Assembly: GCA_017937805.1 (NCBI GenBank)
Contig: JAGBCX010000074.1
Coordinates: 20,022 to 84,021, forward strand
Origin: Alistipes sp.
Lineage (GTDB): Bacteria; Bacteroidota; Bacteroidia; Bacteroidales; Rikenellaceae
DNA length: 64,000 nucleotides
Direction of reading: 5' to 3'
This document shows, one piece after another, positions 28,504 to 38,751 of the stretch. Under the pieces are notes generated by a model. That model did not search any database. It was not told the DNA's origin and saw only the letters and a list, made by a program, of their open reading frames with translations. Position numbers and translations under genes: made by a program. Each line of letters opens with the position of its first letter. Within the stretch, counting starts at the first letter, position 1.

Positions 28504-29343
28504 TTATTTGTGTATTTGTATTGTTTTTTCTATTGTCTGCATTGTCTCGTCATTGATACGATTGCGGCGTAACCATTTCTGAAAATTCTCAACCGATAAT
28601 TCGGGAACAAACTCTCCTGCTTCTGTTGCAGGCATTGAGAATGATTTTTTCGAAAAGACAAGAATAAAAGTATCAAACTCAACAGTCTTATCCGTAACTA
28701 AAATTGTTTGTTCTTTGTATGGATAAATCGGATCTTCCGTAGAGAGGTATATATATTCTTTGTTGCTTTTAACCTCTCTTGCAGTACCGTTCTCATTCTC
28801 GTACGGCATCATACAAGATATAACACCTGCATTATCATCACGGAAGAATATAGCCACATATCCACTCACAGGAGATTTCAGTTTAATTGTAACTTTGTCA
28901 TTGCTCTTAAATCGGTCCGTTTCAATACCATTGTTAAGTATTTGCATTTTCAGCTCTACCTCTGCGGTTTTCAGCTCTCTGACTTTGCCACACACCGAGG
29001 CTGTTATTACCATTACATCGTTTTCGTATGATATATCAACCTTTGGCTCAGCTGTATCACTCAACCAAACTGCCCTCGATTCGGTCGAAGCATAACTATT
29101 AGATTGAACACTCGATTTAGTATCCGTGGTATGAATAGTTGTGCTTGTTGACTGCGATACAACCTGTCCAAATTCGTTGGCAATGGCAGCATTTCTTGCC
29201 TTGTCAATAGCGATTTGCTTTGCTCTATTTAATGGTACATCACCGGGCACAACATAACGATATTCGCCACTAATAGTAACAACACGCTGCGCCTTAGCCG
29301 ATAAAGAGCAGAAAATTAACAATACGATTATTATCCGTTTCAT
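28504..29343 (-). CDS. Secreted protein with a DUF4384-like C-terminal domain
   Basis: Signal peptide ending AKAQ. The pattern FKSNDKVTIKLKSPVSGYVAIF resembles DUF4384. Confidence 0.6.
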   Translation of the reverse strand: MKRIIIVLLIFCSLSAKAQRVVTISGEYRYVVPGDVPLNRAKQIAIDKARNAAIANEFGQVVSQSTSTTIHTTDTKSSVQSNSYASTESRAVWLSDTAEPKVDISYENDVMVITASVCGKVRELKTAEVELKMQILNNGIETDRFKSNDKVTIKLKSPVSGYVAIFFRDDNAGVISCMMPYENENGTAREVKSNKEYIYLSTEDPIYPYKEQTILVTDKTVEFDTFILVFSKKSFSMPATEAGEFVPELSVENFQKWLRRNRINDETMQTIEKTIQIHK

Positions 29344-30014
29344 TACAAGCCTAATGCTTTATCTAATTGCTCGTGAAGTCTATTACCCTTCTTCTCCAAC
29401 TCCTCACGCACTGCTTTCTTAGCTGACTGCTTTGCCATTTCACCATTATAGGCAAGACGCACCATTACCTCTTTGTTTTTATTATTCAGAATGCGATAGC
29501 ACTCCACTACGACAAGCGTTCTGCCAATTGATTGACTAATCAAATTCTTACTAGCCATCACTGTCTCGGTAATACTTGCAGCTTCCTCCGCTGAAAGTTG
29601 CTTGTTGGCTACGGTGTTTTCGACCAAAGCAGTCACCTCCGTTTGAATTTGTCCTGCCAAATTAGTAATTGCTAATGAAGTTGCCGCTGTCTTCGCTGCA
29701 TCATAATTTTCAGCAATAGACTGAGCATTTGCCATAATATACTTAGGGAATAAATTGGCGTCATACTCATACTCCATTCTAAAAGAGCGCTCTAATTGCT
29801 TCTCTAATGGTAGCGCACCTGGAGTTACTACCCAACCCTCTTTTTTTAGGCGTTTCGCCTCTTTTTGAGTGGTCTTGTCAACCTTCGAGGTCAACTCACT
29901 CTTCGCTAACCGACTAATTGTTTGTCGCTCTTTACGAATCTCTTTTGCATCTTGTGCAAAACTTGCAGGGCATGCCATCAACATTGCCATTGCAACAAAT
30001 AAAACTTTTCTCAT
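29343..30014 (-). CDS. Secreted helical hypothetical protein (LPP20-like)
   Basis: Signal peptide and AKRLKKEGWVVTPGALPLEKQL. First gene of the AT-rich three-gene operon. Confidence 0.6.
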   Translation of the reverse strand: MRKVLFVAMAMLMACPASFAQDAKEIRKERQTISRLAKSELTSKVDKTTQKEAKRLKKEGWVVTPGALPLEKQLERSFRMEYEYDANLFPKYIMANAQSIAENYDAAKTAATSLAITNLAGQIQTEVTALVENTVANKQLSAEEAASITETVMASKNLISQSIGRTLVVVECYRILNNKNKEVMVRLAYNGEMAKQSAKKAVREELEKKGNRLHEQLDKALGL

Positions 30015-30072
30015 AACAAATTTAAGTTTCCGTTACCGTAGCAACTCCTATGCGGTGGGTTATTTATAAAAA

Positions 30073-30320
30073 GAAAGTGTGGAGTTGAATTTCCGTCTAT
30101 CTAATCGAAGGTTGTGGAATGACCTGACAGTAATAAACGATACAATGCCCCACACCTGTATATAGCTATACATTGGCATAGAACATACCAATCGCATATA
30201 TACAAGAAATAGGTGTTGTCCGTTGTCCTACTGTCTTGAAAACTTCCACATTTTCGATTAAGGACTGCGAAAACACTTTCTATGTCTGCCGTGTGGTTGC
30301 ATAAACAAACCACTCAGCGC
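30073..30320 (-). ncRNA. Structured leader element, copy B (upstream of the caspase operon)
   Basis: Downstream of TAATTTTG (30323-30330). Same conserved blocks as copy A with compensatory helix changes. Confidence 0.75.
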
Positions 30321-30377
30321 TACAAAATTAGAAAATATTTAGCAAATAGACAACACCAAATAGGACATTGTATCCAA

Positions 30378-30408
30378 AAAAATAGCGACCGAGAGTTTCG
30401 GTCGCTAT
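30378..30408 (-). terminator. Terminator of the batD-batE-recR-META operon; right copy of the 31-bp direct repeat
   Basis: Identical to 26983-27013. Confidence 0.85.
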
Positions 30409-30470
30409 TATAATTAAGAATTGAGAATTAAAAATTAAAAATTATTTTTATTTCGAAAATTCCCCATTTT

Positions 30471-30594
30471 CAGAAAGCAAATAAAAGGATGAAATTCAAG
30501 GCTTGCGAAGTGTGAGAAACCGCAGCATACTTGGCGTATGTGAGGATTTCGAACACGAGCGTAACGCAGAAGTTCGCCTTTTATTTGTTTTCTG
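30471..30594 (+). repeat. REP/RPE-like element, copy 3, overlapping the META gene stop
   Basis: Inverted ends CAGAAAGCAAATAAAAGG / CCTTTTATTTGTTTTCTG and central GCAGCATAC-TTGGC-GTATGTGAG. Confidence 0.8.
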
Positions 30595-31006
30595 GAAGGG
30601 CTTTAAATACAGCAAGTACAGTACCTTCATTTATAAGCATCAACATATCATAGTCAATATCATAGTGGGTAGTTTGCGAGAGTATCTGTATCATCTTCAT
30701 CTCCAAATCCTCATTGTGCGGGCAGAGCATCTTGGTTGAGCCGAGATGCGAGAAACGCAAAGCAAACTTATCGCCCGTAGCGTACTGTCCGAGCAGGCTG
30801 TTGCAAGCACCACGACCACCGAGAGAGTTTTCATTCAAGATAATATTAAACTCATCGGCAGGGAAGGTGTAACTCTCGCCACCAATCTTCACAAGGTGCC
30901 ACACGGTACCCTCCAAAGGCTTGGCATTCTTATAACGCCAACGACACGAAGAGCAACAACCAACCGCCAATACGGCAACCATCAATAGAGCAAATATCTT
31001 TTTCAT
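30581..31006 (-). CDS. META/HslJ-domain lipoprotein
   Basis: Lipobox AVGC, LEGTVWHL, GRGACN and STKMLC. Confidence 0.88.
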   Translation of the reverse strand: MKKIFALLMVAVLAVGCCSSCRWRYKNAKPLEGTVWHLVKIGGESYTFPADEFNIILNENSLGGRGACNSLLGQYATGDKFALRFSHLGSTKMLCPHNEDLEMKMIQILSQTTHYDIDYDMLMLINEGTVLAVFKALPENK

Positions 31007-31010
31007 AATA

Positions 31011-31613
31011 CTAATTTTTTGCAACCTCTCGGCGATTCATCAACGCCTGTGTAATGGTCAGTTCATCAACATATTCCAACTCGTCACCAAAGCCGATACC
31101 TCGTGCGATGGTGGTAATTTTCAGGTGAGGAAAGCGTTTCAGGCAGTTCATCAGATAGAACATTGTCGTTTCGCCCTCAACCGATGCCGAGATGGCGATT
31201 ATCACCTCCTTAACCTCACCCATAGCGATACGGTCGAGTAGTAAATCTATGCGCAAATCAGACGGGGCAATGCCCTGCATTGGCGAAATAACGCCACCTA
31301 AAACGCTATAAACTCCACGATATTGGTGTGTTTTTTCAATCGAAAGCAAATCCGATACCTGCTCCACCACACAAACTGTCGAGGTGTCGCGTGTTGTGTC
31401 GGCGCAGACATCGCAAATCTCCGTATCGGAGAGGTTGTTGCACTTGGCACAACGGCAAATCTTTGTGCGGAAGTCAATCATACTCTCCCCCATCGCCACC
31501 ACATCCTCCGTATCCATACGCAGAATATGCATCGCCAATCGCAGAGCCGTGCGGCGACCTATACCCGGAAGTCGAGATAACTCCCCAACAACATTATCCA
31601 ATAGTTTCGACAT
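31011..31613 (-). CDS. recR: Recombination mediator RecR
   Basis: LPGIGRRTALRLA, a C4 zinc finger, Toprim VCVVE and EGETT. Confidence 0.97.
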   Translation of the reverse strand: MSKLLDNVVGELSRLPGIGRRTALRLAMHILRMDTEDVVAMGESMIDFRTKICRCAKCNNLSDTEICDVCADTTRDTSTVCVVEQVSDLLSIEKTHQYRGVYSVLGGVISPMQGIAPSDLRIDLLLDRIAMGEVKEVIIAISASVEGETTMFYLMNCLKRFPHLKITTIARGIGFGDELEYVDELTITQALMNRREVAKN

Positions 31614-31619
31614 TGCCCC

Positions 31620-32381
31620 CTAAATAGTTTCTATATTACTTTTGAGTGTCCAACCTTTTTTACCATCGGCAATAACCACCTCAACCCACTCATCAACCTC
31701 GGAGAGTATCTCAACCTTTGTACCCTCATGCAGAACGAACAAATCGGTAGCCGAACGGTCGGGCGAACTCTTGACAGATATTGCCGTTCCCATTACGACA
31801 GCCTCACTGTGCGAGAGCATATCGTTGCGGGAAGATACCGCAAACGAAGTCGTTGCAACAAACAACACAAATGCACACAACGCACCATAGAAGCCCACTT
31901 TGCGCCATCTTACTTGCGATGCCAGCAGAAATAGCAGACCAAACGCCAACATTGCACCAAACATCAATAGCGACAACACACTCCACGCTGTACAACTCAT
32001 CGAGTTACGCATGGTGCGCAACCAACGATTTAAGAAAAATTCGGGTATTACCGCAATGCGATCTTTGGTTTGAGCCTCTGCAAGAGCGAGGTTGTGGCGA
32101 ATATCCTCCTGCGAAGGGGCTATGCGTAACGCCTTGTTATAATATAGTATAGCTTTACCATTTGCCCCTGCCTTAAAGTAGGCATTGGCAAGGTTGTAGT
32201 ACAACTTCATCGAGTACTCACCACCATCAAGAATGGCAGTGTACTCCTCGATAGCCTTATCGTAGTTACCCTCGATATAGGCCTTATTTCCCGCTTCCCA
32301 GCGCTCTGCCGATGTCTGCGCAGTAGCACTCGCCACCACCGACATCAAGAGTAGAGCCGTCAATATAACTGTTCTCTTCAT
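31620..32381 (-). CDS. batE: BatE (TPR + SH3)
   Basis: TPR YYNLANAYFK, TM pair and LFVLHEGTKV. Follows batD. Confidence 0.9.
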   Translation of the reverse strand: MKRTVILTALLLMSVVASATAQTSAERWEAGNKAYIEGNYDKAIEEYTAILDGGEYSMKLYYNLANAYFKAGANGKAILYYNKALRIAPSQEDIRHNLALAEAQTKDRIAVIPEFFLNRWLRTMRNSMSCTAWSVLSLLMFGAMLAFGLLFLLASQVRWRKVGFYGALCAFVLFVATTSFAVSSRNDMLSHSEAVVMGTAISVKSSPDRSATDLFVLHEGTKVEILSEVDEWVEVVIADGKKGWTLKSNIETI

Positions 32382-32387
32382 CTTTCG

Positions 32388-34229
32388 CTACTTTTTGATT
32401 GCCGACTCGATTTTCGATATTGCATCAATACCCTCCTCGTAGATATCCTTCATCTCTGCAGTTGTTGCAGGCGAGTATTGAGCCTCCTCACAACGGGCAA
32501 TAACCGCAATAATGCTCTCTGCCTCATTGGTTGCTCCTCGCTTCGACAACTCCTCACGAACAACCTCGCGAGTGAGGTCTGCCACAGGGATATTGAATTT
32601 ATCACCAAGATAGCCCCATAAAGCTCGCAACATCTCCTCGTAGAAGGCTCTGCGGTCCTGCTCACGCATATACTTCTCGGCTATACGGAAACGCCTGATT
32701 GCCATTTTATTGGCTCGCTTACCCTTCACAAGCACCACATTGCGGCTATCGCGGATATACTTTCGCACAACAAAATATACAACTACTGCAACTACCAACA
32801 TCAGCACCACAACCAACCAATAGAGTGGTGAGAGAACGAACGGAGCAACGACCGAGCGCAGTGCCGGCGAGCCAAGTTTTATAAAGCGAATATCCTCGCC
32901 CAAAAGGCGCACATCTTCACGCTTCACGCCCATCAACACCGACTGTTGTGTTGTAGTTGCGGCATTTTTGTCGGGCAGAACATAGATATTCAAAGGTGGT
33001 GTGGCGAGAGTAACATACTTTTTCTTCTCCAAATCGAAATAGGTAAATTCGATAGGCGCTATCTCGTAATTACCCTCAGCGCGTACAATAAACGGATAGT
33101 CGAAGCGACGATATCCCACACTTCCCGAAGGTTTATTGTCAATCTTCTCCTCACTCTTGACATCGTACAACTCGAAAGATGTAGGCAACGAGAGTGTCGG
33201 AGCCGATATAAAGTTGAGATTTCCCGTACCCGAGATTGTCAGTTGGAGCGTTACAGCCGAGTTGGCTGCCACCTCGGTCGAGGAGAGTCGATGCGAGATA
33301 TTGTATCGGCCCACCGCGCCAGCAAACGATACAGGAGCGCCGGCAGGGAACTCTTTGACCTGCACCTTCACCTCCGGAGTTTTCAGCGCACGGCGCACAT
33401 TATAGACCTCGTGCCCCCCACCGAAGAATGGGTCAAAACCACGATTCGACTGCACAACAACTTGCGCTACAACGGTCAATTCAGCAGGTTCGATGGTAAG
33501 CGTACCACTCTGCTGCGGATAGAGCAGATACTCGGCTATATTATAAGCCTCGTAAACCTTTCCATTGAGCGTTTCGCGGAACGGTCCCTGCTCAATATCC
33601 ATCTGCTGACTCCAAAAACCGTTGAATGCAGGCATCTTTGATGACTCCGAGCCTGCGATATTTGCACGGCTGTATAGTTTGAGTATTGCACGAATAGGCT
33701 CGCCCTTATAGACCGATTTTTTCGAGAGTTCAAGGCGCAAGAGCAGGTCATCTTTCTCAATTGTGCGGTTCGCCCTACTCTCGGCAGACTCGCCCTGATT
33801 GCGACCGCCTTGTTGTGCCGAGCCACCGCCCTGCGCACCATCACGCACCTCAATCATGGTGCGTTGCGTGGTGTAGTTTTTCTTCTTGACACCGATAGTT
33901 GCTGGTGCAATAGCAAAAGTTCCGGCCTTCTGCGGTATGAGAACATAAGTTATTGCGTAACTCACACTCTTGGTCATCTCGCCATTTATAATCTGCACCG
34001 AACTACCCTGCGACACCGAGGGCCCTGCCACAACATCGAAATTCTCGAACGATGGCGGCACAAAGGAGTCGCTATCGGGCTTGGCGTTGAGTTCAAACTC
34101 AATGCGGAACGCCTCACCCACCGATGCAATCATCGGAACATTGAGCGTAAATGACACCTCCTCTGCAGCATGTACCGAGAAGATGGCAAGAAGTGCAACA
34201 ATTAAAGTCAGTACCTTTCTGAAAAGCAC
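32388..34229 (-). CDS. batD: BatD
   Basis: FDVVAGPSVSQGSS, VYKGEP, GAVGRY, ISGTGNL and a C-terminal TM segment. Confidence 0.9.
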   Translation of the reverse strand: MLFRKVLTLIVALLAIFSVHAAEEVSFTLNVPMIASVGEAFRIEFELNAKPDSDSFVPPSFENFDVVAGPSVSQGSSVQIINGEMTKSVSYAITYVLIPQKAGTFAIAPATIGVKKKNYTTQRTMIEVRDGAQGGGSAQQGGRNQGESAESRANRTIEKDDLLLRLELSKKSVYKGEPIRAILKLYSRANIAGSESSKMPAFNGFWSQQMDIEQGPFRETLNGKVYEAYNIAEYLLYPQQSGTLTIEPAELTVVAQVVVQSNRGFDPFFGGGHEVYNVRRALKTPEVKVQVKEFPAGAPVSFAGAVGRYNISHRLSSTEVAANSAVTLQLTISGTGNLNFISAPTLSLPTSFELYDVKSEEKIDNKPSGSVGYRRFDYPFIVRAEGNYEIAPIEFTYFDLEKKKYVTLATPPLNIYVLPDKNAATTTQQSVLMGVKREDVRLLGEDIRFIKLGSPALRSVVAPFVLSPLYWLVVVLMLVVAVVVYFVVRKYIRDSRNVVLVKGKRANKMAIRRFRIAEKYMREQDRRAFYEEMLRALWGYLGDKFNIPVADLTREVVREELSKRGATNEAESIIAVIARCEEAQYSPATTAEMKDIYEEGIDAISKIESAIKK

Positions 34230-34416
34230 AATCAGTCGAATTAAGAATTAAAAATTGAGAATTAAGAGTTACTTAATTCTACTCTACAAAGTATTAACGC
34301 ACCCCACAACAAAAAATTGCTTATGAGCGAGGGAATTTTCCAAGCGGAAAGCGGAAAACGGAAAACGGAAAACTATTTTTCTTTTTTCCTTTTCTTTTAT
34401 CTTCCTCCCCTTATTC

Positions 34417-34539
34417 AAAATCGGATATGGTGAGATTATTTTTGTGTGAGGTTAGGTAGCGAGTCCGCAGCATAGTAAGCCTATGTGAGGAACTCGCTAT
34501 CCGACAACTCGTGCAAAAAGAACTCACCAGAACGATTTT
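34417..34539 (+). repeat. REP/RPE-like element, copy 4
   Basis: Ends AAAATCG...CGATTTT with central GCAGCATAG-TAAGC-CTATGTGAG. Confidence 0.75.
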
Positions 34540-34545
34540 AGTTTT

Positions 34546-36159
34546 TTAATGCGAAAACGGTGCGAAGAAGTCGTTACCCTTATCATCTACAATGATGAAG
34601 GCTGGGAAATTCTCCACATAAATCTTGCGAACAGCCTCCATACCAAGCTCAGGGAAATCTACTACCTCGACACTCTTGATAGAGTTTTTAGCGAGGATAG
34701 CAGCAGGACCTCCGATAGAGCCGAGGTAGAAGCCACCGTTATCGTGGCAAGCATCGGTAACAGCCTTTGAACGGTTACCCTTCGCAACCATAACCATAGA
34801 GCCACCATGTTTCTGGAAGAGGTCTACGTAAGGGTCCATACGACCTGCAGTAGTAGGGCCAAATGAGCCAGATGCATATCCGGCAGGAGTCTTTGCAGGT
34901 CCTGCGTAATATACAGGGTGATTCTTGAAGTATTCAGGCATTGGCTTACCCTCGTCAAGCATCTGCTTGATACGTGCGTGAGCGATATCACGAGCCACAA
35001 TAAGAGTACCCTTCAAGTTAAGACGAGTCTTGATTGGATATTTCGTCAAAATCTCACGCACCTTATCCATACCCTCATCGAGGTCGATATCCACTGCCGG
35101 CGACATTGCAGGTGCCTCAGCAGGAAGGAAGCGTGCAGGATTCTTCTCCAACTGCTCCACGAAGATACCCTCAGGAGTAATCTTTGCCTTGATATTACGG
35201 TCTGCCGAGCAACTTACGCCGATAGCAACAGGGCAAGATGCAGCGTGACGAGGTGCGCGGATAACGCGAACATCGTGTACGAGGTACTTACCGCCAAACT
35301 GTGCGCCGATACCCATCTCTTGGCAGATTTTGAGAATCTTCTCCTCCCACTCCAAATCGCGGAAGCAGCGACCCCCTTCGTTACCCGAAGTTGGGAGTTC
35401 GTCAAGGTAGCCGGCCGAAGCCTTCTTTACGGTTGCAAGGCACATCTCTGCCGAAGTACCACCGATGCAGACTGCGAGGTGATATGGAGGGCATGCCGAA
35501 GTGCCGAGGTCCTTGATATGCTCCTTGAAGAACTTAACGAGCGACTCCTCGTTCAGGAGAGCCTTGGTCTGCTGATAGAGGAATGTCTTATTTGCCGAGC
35601 CTCCACCCTTTGTGAGGAAGAGGAACTCATACTCCATACCAGGGTGACCACCATAGATGTCAATCTGTGCAGGGAGGTTTGTACCGCTATTGTGCTCATC
35701 GGTCATAGTGATAGGTACAACCTGCGAGTAGCGGAGATTGCGCTCCTTGTATGTTTCGTAAACACCACGCGAGATATACTCAGCATCCTCTGCGCCAGTC
35801 CAAACATCTTCGCCCTTGTGAGCCACGCAGATTGCAGTACCCGTATCCTGGCAAGTTGGCAACTCGCCCTCGGCTGCTACACACGAGTTCATAAGCATTG
35901 TGTAGGCCACAAACTTGTCGTTGTCGGTAGCCTCCTTGTCCTCCAAGATGTTGCGCAACTTCTGCAAGTGTGCCGAACGGAGGTAGAACGATACATCGGT
36001 GTATGCCTCCTTTGCGAGGAGTTCGATACCCTTAGGGTCCACCTTCAAAATCTTGCGGCCATCACACTCTACGACCTTTACATAATCCTTCGTCACAAGA
36101 CGATACTCAGTGTTGTCACGCTCGATTGGGAGCGGCTCCTGATAGATAAATTCTGACAT
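34546..36159 (-). CDS. Fumarate hydratase class I
   Basis: [30 protein letters not shown] and GPTTAGRMD. Confidence 0.96.
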   Translation of the reverse strand: MSEFIYQEPLPIERDNTEYRLVTKDYVKVVECDGRKILKVDPKGIELLAKEAYTDVSFYLRSAHLQKLRNILEDKEATDNDKFVAYTMLMNSCVAAEGELPTCQDTGTAICVAHKGEDVWTGAEDAEYISRGVYETYKERNLRYSQVVPITMTDEHNSGTNLPAQIDIYGGHPGMEYEFLFLTKGGGSANKTFLYQQTKALLNEESLVKFFKEHIKDLGTSACPPYHLAVCIGGTSAEMCLATVKKASAGYLDELPTSGNEGGRCFRDLEWEEKILKICQEMGIGAQFGGKYLVHDVRVIRAPRHAASCPVAIGVSCSADRNIKAKITPEGIFVEQLEKNPARFLPAEAPAMSPAVDIDLDEGMDKVREILTKYPIKTRLNLKGTLIVARDIAHARIKQMLDEGKPMPEYFKNHPVYYAGPAKTPAGYASGSFGPTTAGRMDPYVDLFQKHGGSMVMVAKGNRSKAVTDACHDNGGFYLGSIGGPAAILAKNSIKSVEVVDFPELGMEAVRKIYVENFPAFIIVDDKGNDFFAPFSH

Positions 36160-36356
36160 AATAGTTTTATTTTGTTGTTTTGTTAATATTGTTCCTTTAT
36201 GTTGTTGCCCTTTGCAGCCATAGTATTTGGGCTTTTAGCCAATGGCCTTTATTTTTAGAGAAATTAGGGAGATTAGGGAATTTAAGGAGTAGGCGCAATC
36301 GCTAAACTCTCTAAACTCATTAAGTTCCCTAAATTCACTTCTCTTTTGCGCCTATT

Positions 36357-37079
36357 CTATTTCATTACTCTTTCGAGTAGCGACTTCTTGGCTGTGCCCA
36401 CCACAAAATCTTTGAGGTAGAAGGGCTCAAAGTAGGCGACATCCTCGGTTTTGCCCGCGGCAAAAGCCTGCTCTGCCAATCGTGCCATACCGCGTGCTGA
36501 CGGAACAACCTCGATAAGTGTTGCACCCTCCAAAACCTCCGCACACTTGGCAGCGCCACTACCGAAAATCACAAACGGCTTACCCGAATTGCGCTCCGCA
36601 GCGAAACTCTCCGCATCAATAATCTTTGCCTCAACACTGCTCTGCGCTACGCCCTCCGAGTTGAAAGTCTGCGTATAGACCTCCATACGGCGCGCGTCAA
36701 TCATCGGGCAGAGTGTCGCATCGTTCCAATTCTCGACATCAATAATTCCCGCCTCGTAGTCCTCGCGTGCCACCTCGACTAATGAGTCGAGTGAGCCGAC
36801 CGCTACAAGCGGTATATTCTGTCCATAGCACAAACCCTTTGCAAAGGATACGCCAATGCGCAAGCCCGTATATGAGCCGGGGCCCTTCGATACCGCAACA
36901 GCATCGAGTTCATCGGCCGCCACGCCACACTCACGCAGAAGTTCATCGACAAATACGGCAATCTTCTTGGCGTGGTTGCGTTCCTCATCGCTCTCTCGCA
37001 ACGCCACAAGTTCGCCATCACGAACTAACGCCACCGAACAGATATCGGTTCCTGTCTCTATTGCTAAAATCAGTGCCAT
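36357..37079 (-). CDS. tsaB: t6A biosynthesis protein TsaB
   Basis: ILAIET, GPGSYTGLRIG and MIDARRMEVY. Confidence 0.96.
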   Translation of the reverse strand: MALILAIETGTDICSVALVRDGELVALRESDEERNHAKKIAVFVDELLRECGVAADELDAVAVSKGPGSYTGLRIGVSFAKGLCYGQNIPLVAVGSLDSLVEVAREDYEAGIIDVENWNDATLCPMIDARRMEVYTQTFNSEGVAQSSVEAKIIDAESFAAERNSGKPFVIFGSGAAKCAEVLEGATLIEVVPSARGMARLAEQAFAAGKTEDVAYFEPFYLKDFVVGTAKKSLLERVMK

Positions 37080-37138
37080 TTTCTATAATTCAAAATGCAG
37101 AATGCAGAATGCAAAATTATTTTATTTATCCTTTCTTA

Positions 37139-37260
37139 AAAATCATAAATGATTAGGCTATTTTTGTGCGTTACGCAGTGGCGGAAAGCGGAGCATACTA
37201 ATCGTATGTGAGCATTTACGCCGCAAGTAAGGTGCAAAAAGAGTCAATCAGAATGATTTT
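37139..37260 (+). repeat. REP/RPE-like element, copy 5, overlapping the smpB stop
   Basis: Ends AAAATCAT...ATGATTTT with central GGAGCATAC-TAATC-GTATGTGAG. Confidence 0.75.
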
Positions 37261-37720
37261 ACTTCCATTTCTTCATTGCCTTGTCCATCTCTCGTTTTGC
37301 GTCATTCTCTTTCAGATATTCACGCTTGTCGTAGGCTTTGCGACCTCGGGCAAGTCCGATAGCGATCTTTGCCAAACCTCGCTCATTCAAAAAGAGTCGC
37401 AATCCGACAATGGTTAAACCCTTGTCCTGCAAGGAGCGTTGCAATTTCGAGAGTTCCTTGCGGTTAAGCAGGAGTTTGCGGTCGCGCTTTGGGATATGGT
37501 TGTTGCAAGTACCCCACGCATACTCGGAGATATTGACACCGCGAATCCACAATTCGCCCTTCTCGAAGTAGCAGTAGCAATCGACCATCGAGGCTTTGCC
37601 AAGGCGGATAGATTTAATCTCGGTACCCACCAAAACAACGCCTGCGATATACTCTTCGAGTATCTCGTAGTCGAAAGTCGCACGCTTGTTGCGGATATTT
37701 ATTTTCTTAAAATCTGCCAT
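37259..37720 (-). CDS. smpB: SsrA-binding protein
   Basis: [21 protein letters not shown] and [11 protein letters not shown]. Confidence 0.97.
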   Translation of the reverse strand: MADFKKINIRNKRATFDYEILEEYIAGVVLVGTEIKSIRLGKASMVDCYCYFEKGELWIRGVNISEYAWGTCNNHIPKRDRKLLLNRKELSKLQRSLQDKGLTIVGLRLFLNERGLAKIAIGLARGRKAYDKREYLKENDAKREMDKAMKKWK

Positions 37721-37874
37721 TACTACACAATATCGCACAAAGATAGCAAAAAAAGTTGAGAGTTAAGAATTGAGAATTGAGAATTTTGCCAAAACTTTTA
37801 ATTAGAAATTAAAAAATAGCAGCAGGCTGTTCAAAATCGGAGGTGATGAGATTATTTTTGTGCGATGCGAGGTA

Positions 37875-37972
37875 AAAAAGGAGGGCCGGCGTGTGCAAAC
37901 AGAAAATAACAGAAAGATGTGTAAACATATCAAAGATAAAGAATAATTACCTTTTCCGACCACTCCCTTTGC
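37875..37972 (-). ncRNA. Candidate sigma-54-dependent small RNA
   Basis: Near-consensus TGGCACTATTCTTGC at 37984-37998 on the minus strand. The 5' AAGGGAGTGGTCGG pairs with the 3' CCGGCCCTCCTTT, followed by a T run. Confidence 0.5.
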
Positions 37973-38053
37973 CCTGAAATATGGCAAGAATAGTGCCAAC
38001 TTTCGAGATAAGAGATAGAGCTTTCAGAGATTTTTTATACCTTTGTCCCTGCT

Positions 38054-38719
38054 ATGACAAAACCATGTAACAAACTTATTGTATTTGACCTCGATGGCAC
38101 GTTGCTCGATACCATCGGTGACCTATCCGAGGCTTGCAACCACATGCTCGGCATGCGAGGACTTGGCACTCACACCCGCGAGGAGTATCGTAAAATGGTC
38201 GGAAACGGCATACTGCGCCTTGTAGAACGAGCATTGCCCGAGAGCCTGCGTACGCCCGAATATGTAGCGGAGGCTCGGCGAGATTTTGTTGCCTACTACA
38301 TCGAGCATATCGACCTCTTCACACACCCTTACGAGGGTATTCGAGAGGTGTTGCACTCGTTACAAAATGATGGTTGGGTGTTGGCTGTGGCATCAAACAA
38401 GTTTGATGCAGGTACCAAGAAACTTATCGCAAATATCTTCCCCGAAATCACCTTCAACTCCATCTACGGTAATCGCGAAGGTTATCCCCTGAAGCCCGAT
38501 GCAGCACTGCTCGAACTGATTATGGAGGAGTGTGGAGCGACTTCCGAAACGACATTTATGATTGGCGACTCGGGAGTCGATATCCAGACCGCCAAGGCGG
38601 CAGGTGTTCGCTCAATTGGTTGCTCGTGGGGATTTCGCCCACGCACAGAGTTGGAGGAGAATGGCGCAGACTACATTGCCGACAAACCGATAGAACTCTT
38701 GGAATTAGTGAGGAGATAG
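38054..38719 (+). CDS. HAD-family hydrolase (phosphoglycolate phosphatase-like)
   Basis: FDLDGTL, SNK, KPD and IGDSGVD. Confidence 0.9.
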   Translation: MTKPCNKLIVFDLDGTLLDTIGDLSEACNHMLGMRGLGTHTREEYRKMVGNGILRLVERALPESLRTPEYVAEARRDFVAYYIEHIDLFTHPYEGIREVLHSLQNDGWVLAVASNKFDAGTKKLIANIFPEITFNSIYGNREGYPLKPDAALLELIMEECGATSETTFMIGDSGVDIQTAKAAGVRSIGCSWGFRPRTELEENGADYIADKPIELLELVRR

Positions 38720-38751
38720 AAAATAAAAATAATTCTTAATTCTTAATTAGA

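Noticed and set aside
30101-30313. ORFs inside the structured leaders (30101-30313, 56501-56710, 56529-56747, 63596-63784, and the N-terminal extensions of 13743-16193 and 55799-56206)
   Set aside because: Frames and peptides are not conserved between copies whereas base pairing is, so they are not treated as a conserved leader peptide.
37740-38050. tmRNA next to smpB
   Set aside because: No tRNA-Ala-like ends or tag reading frame, and the space is too short.
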